From positions 249,483 through 313,482 of the forward strand of contig JAZKJG010000001.1 in NCBI GenBank assembly GCA_040384445.1: a DNA stretch of 64,000 nt, in the 5' to 3' direction. The notes under the pieces are model-generated. The model was given only the letters and a program-made list of their open reading frames with translations, was not told where the DNA came from and made no database searches. Origin of the DNA: Patescibacteria group bacterium (lineage in GTDB: Bacteria > Patescibacteriota > Minisyncoccia > Phycocordibacterales > CAIZLB01). Of this stretch, positions 58,278 to 64,000 are shown piece by piece; positions within the stretch are counted from its first letter, which is position 1, and every line of letters starts with the position of its first letter. A program made the translations under genes and the position numbers.

Positions 58278-58306
58278 AGTGTACCACGGTTCACCACTTT
58301 ACTACT
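58278..58306 (-). promoter_or_regulatory. Putative SOS operator upstream of umuD: GTGAACcgtgGTAC plus shared 18-mer AGTAGTAAAGTGGTGAAC
   Basis: Plus gtaccacggttcac at 58281-58294 is a Cheo-like box with one mismatch; 18-mer gttcaccactttactact at 58289-58306 is identical to 61331-61348. Confidence 0.4.
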
Positions 58307-58341
58307 GTAGAGATTTGTTTGGTTTTAATTGCAAACTACAC

Positions 58342-61278
58342 CTACAACCCCAAAGCCTCCTTTGTCTTCTCTCCAACCACACCCCACCCTGTGGTTATTG
58401 GAGTTCCAGAGCAGATAATATTCTTGTCACATTGATATTTCTTGACTGCATTCTCTGTCTCGATACCGAAGTATGTTGTTTCGGTTTGTGCAGAGGCTGG
58501 GACTTTGAGAGATGATCCATAGGGTGAGAAGTATCCCAGAGATCGAAGTTTTGTTCTCATGAGCTTGACGTTTTGATTGGAGTCACCAAGTTTGAGTGTA
58601 GAACCAGATGATGTGATGGATGATGGAGCACGAGAGTTAGACAGCTTGTTTATAAAGGCACGAGTGATGAACCCAAAGTAGCCTTGTGATGGCGTAATCT
58701 TGTAAAATCTTTGGAATTTAATGAGAGCAGCACGAGTTGCTGGACCAAAGTAGGTTGATTCTTTAGTTGGTGATCCGTTTCCAGTTTGAGCAACAACAAA
58801 ACCATGAGTATTCAGAAATTGTTGGAGTTTTTTCACATCATTCTGTGTCATACCTAGTTTTAAGTCGCGAGTGAAGGTGTATGAAGGAGATTGAGTTGTG
58901 GTAGAAGATGATGAGACGTTCATCGCAATCAAAGACGGTGTTCCTGTTGTTGTGGCAGTCTGTATGGTCACAGCAGCTGGAGCAACATATGATGACGATC
59001 CACCACCTGAAGTTACTGAAGAGACAGGTGTTGTAACAACAGGTGTAGTTGATGTTGTGGCTACAGTAGTTGTTGCTGGAGTAGTCACAGTTACTGCTGC
59101 TGTTGTGAAAGTTCTTTCTGTTGAAGTTGAGATATTACCTGCTGCGTCGCTTGATACGACAACAAAATAGTATGTGGTTACAGGAGCAAGATCAGTGAGC
59201 GTACGTGAGTGTTGTGATGTATATGTTTGAGATGATGAGGTTGTTGGATATAAAGTAGAAGTGGTTCCATAGGACACACGGGAGGTTGCACTTTCGTTTG
59301 TGTTCCATGTGACGGTTGCAGTTGCATCCGTGGTTGTTGAGGAGATATTGGTTAGGTTTGGAGAAGTAAGATCAGCACTAGGGGGTGCGCTATTAAAATA
59401 TCGATATCCCGCAGGTATAGCTTGATAATTTAAAACTGGATTATACGGATCAAATGGTGGCCATGCTAATGAACCAAAATACTCTGGCTTTGATGTTCTA
59501 AAAAGTGAATCTGGAAGAGCAACAGCTGTTGCTTCATTAGGATAAATGCCCAATCCTCTTCGGTAGTTTGCAAGGAGTAATGTTGTTGATGCAACATCGA
59601 GATCGAGTTCTTGAAATCCAGATGAACCTGGCCAGATGAGAAGCACGGAATCGAGTGGTGGCAGAACACCAGCAAATGCAGATGTATCGACATCTACAAC
59701 ATTTCCATTAATAGCAGTTACAAGCACTGTTTTGCTGAGGCTACCGTAATACACTATTAGTGCACCGCCTTGTGCAACCGTACCACTCGATAATGTGATT
59801 TGCCCTACAGTATCTGTAGTTCTTGCAGTTAATATTCCGGCAGTTGTAGGGGTTCCATCAGGATTTAGGTCTGCCCACCAATCTCCTACGCTTGGTTGCG
59901 CAGTACCTGACCATGCACCATTACCAATGTTTGGCTGACCATATGAATCACAGTTTCCAGTTGATGCAGCATTTCCAAAAATATTACCTATGACTGAGAA
60001 GTTTCGAGAGAATCGTTTCAAACTCATACAATACGTTTGCGTTTGAACCTCCGATCGATTTGATGCTGACAGACCAGCTGCTGTTAACCAGTTACGATAC
60101 ACGGTTGTTTCAGATTCTCCACCAAAGTACCCATCAGACATAAGGTTATGTGCAATGTTACCTTCAAAAAGATTGAATGTGTTGTGTGGGGCATGATTTG
60201 TATCAATACCAATTATTCCGGCTGCATTGTTAACAAAGTTATATGCAAACACATTACCTGACGATCCACCAAAATATTCAACATTTGGGAATGCCTCAAC
60301 AAAAATATTGTCTTCAAACAAACAGCCAGATATTGATGACGTAAGTAGCCCTGATCCATTACTTCCTGAATGATTAAGTTCACCAACATAACCTCCTCGC
60401 ATTTCACAATTCAATGAGTCTGAGAAATATACAGTGTAATTGGACATGTGTATTAACTTAACGTTTTTGATCCAACTATTATCTGTTTCGGAAAACCAAA
60501 TACCAAAAGCAACACTACCATTCTCTCCATCAGCAGTTAACTCCTCAACCCCCATGCCTTCTCCACGATAACCTGAGTATGTTACGTCAGCCCCTTCAGT
60601 TGTATAGTCATCATACAGTGCTGGAAAGAATGAGAGGGTTGAGCCGGTTTTTGCAGTGATTCGTACCATTTGAATTCTCATATGATCAAAACCTGATGTA
60701 CTGACAACTGGTAACGTAGGGTCGTTGTGTGCAGCAATTTTAATTACATCACCAACAGCATACGGAGATGTATCACTGACTGAAATTTGAGTACTGCCAC
60801 GTGTTAGTCCACTATTAATAGTGACGTATGGTTGATAACTTGCTTGTGATCCACCGTACATACAAACACTGGACCTACAATCAAGTATTGTGACGTCCAT
60901 ACCAGCACCTCGTACGGTAATAAAATCTCTGCTTGCACTAAGATTAAGAGCTAAATTTAATCTCCATGTACCAGCTGGAATATATACATAGGTATGTGGC
61001 AGCGCAGAATCAATTGCCGCCTGTATGAGTGGAGCAGCATTTGTTGAACCGTCCTTATACTCTGCTGCAGCATTTACAAGATCTGTACAAGCAGCAGTAT
61101 CACACTGAGTCCTATTAGTAGGAATACCTCCAACCACACCAACATTTACACCTGGTGTCCAATCAATTATATGATTGTCTGGAATAAGGCTTGGAGCAGG
61201 GTTTGCATCAATATTAAGTGTAAAATATCCTAAACCAAGAATAAATAGAAATAAATACGTGAGATGCGCTTTTTTCAT
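58342..61278 (-). CDS. Large secreted protein: right-handed beta-helix (pectate-lyase-like) + FN3-like domain + Thr/Val-rich linker + two C-terminal peptidoglycan-binding (PG_binding_1-like) repeats
   Basis: 978 aa; signal peptide; many NxxG/GxxS beta-helix rungs; TVTWNTNESATSRVSYGT...YYFVVVSSDAAGN (FN3-like); two LKLG...V..LQ..L...G repeats. Confidence 0.6.
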   Translation of the reverse strand: MKKAHLTYLFLFILGLGYFTLNIDANPAPSLIPDNHIIDWTPGVNVGVVGGIPTNRTQCDTAACTDLVNAAAEYKDGSTNAAPLIQAAIDSALPHTYVYIPAGTWRLNLALNLSASRDFITVRGAGMDVTILDCRSSVCMYGGSQASYQPYVTINSGLTRGSTQISVSDTSPYAVGDVIKIAAHNDPTLPVVSTSGFDHMRIQMVRITAKTGSTLSFFPALYDDYTTEGADVTYSGYRGEGMGVEELTADGENGSVAFGIWFSETDNSWIKNVKLIHMSNYTVYFSDSLNCEMRGGYVGELNHSGSNGSGLLTSSISGCLFEDNIFVEAFPNVEYFGGSSGNVFAYNFVNNAAGIIGIDTNHAPHNTFNLFEGNIAHNLMSDGYFGGESETTVYRNWLTAAGLSASNRSEVQTQTYCMSLKRFSRNFSVIGNIFGNAASTGNCDSYGQPNIGNGAWSGTAQPSVGDWWADLNPDGTPTTAGILTARTTDTVGQITLSSGTVAQGGALIVYYGSLSKTVLVTAINGNVVDVDTSAFAGVLPPLDSVLLIWPGSSGFQELDLDVASTTLLLANYRRGLGIYPNEATAVALPDSLFRTSKPEYFGSLAWPPFDPYNPVLNYQAIPAGYRYFNSAPPSADLTSPNLTNISSTTTDATATVTWNTNESATSRVSYGTTSTLYPTTSSSQTYTSQHSRTLTDLAPVTTYYFVVVSSDAAGNISTSTERTFTTAAVTVTTPATTTVATTSTTPVVTTPVSSVTSGGGSSSYVAPAAVTIQTATTTGTPSLIAMNVSSSSTTTQSPSYTFTRDLKLGMTQNDVKKLQQFLNTHGFVVAQTGNGSPTKESTYFGPATRAALIKFQRFYKITPSQGYFGFITRAFINKLSNSRAPSSITSSGSTLKLGDSNQNVKLMRTKLRSLGYFSPYGSSLKVPASAQTETTYFGIETENAVKKYQCDKNIICSGTPITTGWGVVGEKTKEALGL

Positions 61279-61325
61279 ATTGGAAATATTTGTAGCTTTA
61301 TTTTACCACGCCTTACATAGGAAAC

Positions 61326-61348
61326 AAATCGTTCACCACTTTACTACT
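61326..61348 (-). promoter_or_regulatory. Second copy of the 18-mer with a GAAC half-site upstream of the 978-aa gene; TTGTTT-N16-TAAAAT promoter adjacent
   Basis: gttcaccactttactact at 61331-61348; minus strand reads AGTAGTAAAGTGGTGAACgatTTGTTTc...TAAAAT. Confidence 0.35.
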
Positions 61349-62261
61349 CCTTATACTTCTGATCTATGTAGTGATATTTCACAAGGTCATGCATCCATGC
61401 ACACATTTCTTTAAACTTGCCTGTGTAGAGTACAGGACATCGTCGAATGACAAGAGAAGGGTCTTTTGCTTTTGGAGACGCGGCAGTATATTCATGTGCT
61501 TCTTTTATAAACCCTGGAGAAATTTTCAGCATTGGCCCAGTCTCATTGTATTCAATAATAAATTCTTCAGGAATCATTTTTGCAACAGGATCTTCAAAGT
61601 CTTCTTTCACACCTTCAGGAAATTCAAGAAGTTTATACGCGATCGAGATCGAAGGTGCTTGATTATTATTCATAAGTTGAGTCATGAGTGTTTGGAAGGA
61701 TGAATCCTGAAGCATATGTTCATACTCTTCTTCACTTGGTTCTAAACCTGTTACATTTTTAAACACTTTAGGTGCAACCTCAGCAAATCTTCCGTAGAGT
61801 AAAACCAAATCTGTAAATGAAGGAAATCCTAATCCTTTTCCCGCATTTCTATTCATATTCAAAAACGTAAACCTCATCAAGATTTGCTCTTCCCTATCTA
61901 ATTCTCCTCCGGCCATCATTTTAGCAGAAGTCTCATATGCCTTATCCCACATTGCTTGCTGATGCACACGTGCAAGCTCAATATATTTTTTTTCAAAATT
62001 AATCCAAAATTCTTCATCTAGTGGAATTTTTTCTCCCAACATTTCCTCTTCATTCATCCCCATAATCCCTTCCCATTCTTTTTCTATAATATGTCCTGCA
62101 ATAGCAAATGATTCATGTGTTAGTCCAGGCTCTTGAACTTCCCTAAATATATCAACATCTCCTTCTCCTTTTTTATATTCCACATACTGCCTAAAAGCAG
62201 TGTTGTCTATTGGTAGATTTGCGAGTCGTGCAAGTGTTTTCGGTTGTTCTGGTTTTTCCAT
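61344..62261 (-). CDS. Hypothetical acidic cytoplasmic protein (305 aa)
   Basis: No motif recognised; its stop codon lies inside the shared 18-mer. Confidence 0.4.
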   Translation of the reverse strand: MEKPEQPKTLARLANLPIDNTAFRQYVEYKKGEGDVDIFREVQEPGLTHESFAIAGHIIEKEWEGIMGMNEEEMLGEKIPLDEEFWINFEKKYIELARVHQQAMWDKAYETSAKMMAGGELDREEQILMRFTFLNMNRNAGKGLGFPSFTDLVLLYGRFAEVAPKVFKNVTGLEPSEEEYEHMLQDSSFQTLMTQLMNNNQAPSISIAYKLLEFPEGVKEDFEDPVAKMIPEEFIIEYNETGPMLKISPGFIKEAHEYTAASPKAKDPSLVIRRCPVLYTGKFKEMCAWMHDLVKYHYIDQKYKE

Positions 62262-62324
62262 GGGTTTATTATATCAGTTTACTTTGATTCATATGCATCA
62301 CAAACCCAGATCGTTTGAAGTTCC

Positions 62325-64000
62325 TTAAATAGAAATATCAACCCCTTTTTGACCAATCACATTTCCATTCTTATCTTTTGCAACAAAGTTAATATTGTAT
62401 GGTCCATGACCTTTCCAATTCCAGTTTGTGAGATCAACTATTGCTTCCTTATGTGTACCTGCGTCATACATGTCATTATATCTATCTCCATCCACTTGCC
62501 AAAACATCACATAGTCAGATAACGATAATCCTGTCATATATGCTTTAAAAAATTGGACACCTGTTACATTTCCAGAAGGAGACATAATAGTCAGAGCTGG
62601 TGGAGCAACTGTGATTCCTGAAGTAACCGTTACACTACCTGCATTATCAACCCAGAGTTTATTTGTTGCCCATCCATTTGAGAATATACCAACTTTAACA
62701 GTGTAGGTACCAACTTTTTGCGGAGTAAATGTTATAGAATACTGCTTCGATTCACCTGTACCAAAAGTTTGGTTCTCAAACACATTTTGTGCAACTTTTT
62801 CACCAAATGAATTATACACCTCAATGTCTGCTAAAATATCAGAGACTGAACTTGCACTTCGGATCAAAGCATTGACTGTTACGGCCTGGGATACAGTACT
62901 TGTTGTAGAAGCAACGTTCACTATATACCCTTCAGCAGGAACAGGAGTATTTTCCACAACTGCTTTAACTGTAAATTGTTGCGCAACATCCTGCCACAGA
63001 AAATTCTTGGTCCAGTTGTAATTAAATACTCCTACTTTTACTTTATAATTTCCAGTTTGTGTAGGTGTCCAAGTTGTTGTAAATGATTTTGTTCCAAGTA
63101 TAGTTTGATTTTCATAAAACTTCTGAAAAACCTTTCTATCACTACTATCATAAATTTCTACATCAACAACAATATTACTTGCATTAGTTCCATTTGTTGA
63201 AATCTTTGTATCTACATTCACAGGAGTATTTACAAACAAATTTCCTGGAGGAACAGACGTAATTGCACTGAACACATGAGCGGTGGAACTTGCAGACAAA
63301 GAAATTGGAAATGTAGTGACAGTAGTAGTTCCAAACCACTTCTTCATTACAGGCTCTGCAAGTTTGTTTTGTGGAGTATAGTCTGGATCATTCGCTCCTC
63401 CTGCATCTGGCTTCGCATCCCAATTCCATACATGAATTCCATCTATATAACTTTTATCATTCCAGAAAGAAAATAAGGCTTCGTATAAATTTGCTTGAGC
63501 CTGTTGATTTAATCCATCAGTATGATGGTAATTTCCAGGATCAATATGAGTTCCGTTTGTACTTCTATATCCAACCTCAGTAAATACGATTGGTCTATTT
63601 ACCTTCTGCTGGAACGGTTTAATATCATACTCTTCAATTTGTGCCCAGTAATTTCTAAAATTCTCAACTGATGTTTCTGCATAATTTCCTCCCAGTGGAT
63701 AATACGCATCAATCCCAACCACATCTACGGCGTCCCAAAATGCAATTCTGTTTTTCTCATCTGCGAGTCCTGATCCCCAATTCGCAGCATACACAATTTT
63801 ACCAGTGTAAATTTTTCTCACTTCGGCAATAAGCGCTCTCCATGCGGGCGTATTTTGTACGTTGTGATCATGAGCAGTAAGTGCGATTAATTCAGTTCCA
63901 ATTATAAACTGCTCCGCACCTTGTGCTTGCGCTATTGCTGCATATCTTTTTATAAATGCACCATAATTCTCAAACCAGAGTGTCCTGTTTGCTGGATCTA
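62325..64000 (-). CDS. Secreted glycoside-hydrolase-like protein (TIM-barrel, clan GH-A-like) with three tandem Ig-like domains; 5' end beyond the window
   Basis: Frame stays open to position 64000 (..FIIGTELIALT..VFTEVGY.. resemble GH-A acid/base and nucleophile strands); three ~95-aa repeats (VVDVEIYDS..YKVKVGVF; ILADIEVYNS..YTVKVGIF). Confidence 0.5.
   Translation of the reverse strand, partial: DPANRTLWFENYGAFIKRYAAIAQAQGAEQFIIGTELIALTAHDHNVQNTPAWRALIAEVRKIYTGKIVYAANWGSGLADEKNRIAFWDAVDVVGIDAYYPLGGNYAETSVENFRNYWAQIEEYDIKPFQQKVNRPIVFTEVGYRSTNGTHIDPGNYHHTDGLNQQAQANLYEALFSFWNDKSYIDGIHVWNWDAKPDAGGANDPDYTPQNKLAEPVMKKWFGTTTVTTFPISLSASSTAHVFSAITSVPPGNLFVNTPVNVDTKISTNGTNASNIVVDVEIYDSSDRKVFQKFYENQTILGTKSFTTTWTPTQTGNYKVKVGVFNYNWTKNFLWQDVAQQFTVKAVVENTPVPAEGYIVNVASTTSTVSQAVTVNALIRSASSVSDILADIEVYNSFGEKVAQNVFENQTFGTGESKQYSITFTPQKVGTYTVKVGIFSNGWATNKLWVDNAGSVTVTSGITVAPPALTIMSPSGNVTGVQFFKAYMTGLSLSDYVMFWQVDGDRYNDMYDAGTHKEAIVDLTNWNWKGHGPYNINFVAKDKNGNVIGQKGVDISI

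Noticed and set aside
58898-59170. Plus-strand ORF rich in V/T/A
   Set aside because: Antisense to the Thr/Val-rich low-complexity linker of the 978-aa gene; no independent support.

Overview
This 64 kb window is AT-rich (GC estimated by eye at 35-40%) and gene-dense, and reads like a small-genome bacterium with many secreted or membrane proteins and type IV pilins. A Patescibacteria/CPR-like origin is an inference only. All calls below come from reading the six-frame ORFs and the DNA by eye; no searches were run.

Most of the window is housekeeping:
- Division/cell wall: the 5' end of pyk, then a dcw fragment mraZ-rsmH-ftsL-ftsI.
- Aminoacyl-tRNA ligases: trpS, lysS, proS, gltX.
- Translation: efp, infA, infC-rpmI-rplT, rpmF, rplI.
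- Replication/repair/other: dnaE, tgt, rnc, dnaJ, ctpA and an M23 peptidase.
- Nucleotide metabolism: an nrdB-nrdA-ndk operon in which the ATP-cone sits on NrdB rather than NrdA.
- SOS: a lexA operon with a Cheo-type LexA box in its promoter spacer, plus umuD-umuC.

Features not explained by ordinary gene calls:
- 25.07-27.92 kb is an accessory islet made of five units, each a strong extended -10 promoter, a small gene and a hairpin terminator. It carries 24-nt and 44-nt repeats, a Cys-rich MazG-like protein, a Cys-rich mini-protein, a DUF1653 protein and a promoter/terminator-bounded candidate sRNA of about 190 nt.
- A roughly 310-nt structured leader upstream of lysS ends in an intrinsic terminator, suggesting a riboswitch or T-box-like attenuator.
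- NusB is fused to a NUDIX hydrolase domain.
- MraZ-box-like AAGTGG direct repeats with 10-bp periodicity sit upstream of mraZ.
- An identical 18-mer carrying LexA half-sites lies upstream of umuD and upstream of a 978-aa beta-helix/peptidoglycan-binding surface protein.
- Two tandem paralogs of unknown function lie upstream of the lexA operon.
- A MarR - MsrB - CcdA::TlpA-fusion module suggests extracytoplasmic methionine sulfoxide repair.
- A second candidate sRNA lies downstream of dnaE; there are duplicated 42-nt terminator elements and a 21-bp inverted repeat pair.

No rRNA, tRNA, CRISPR array, integrase or transposase was recognised.
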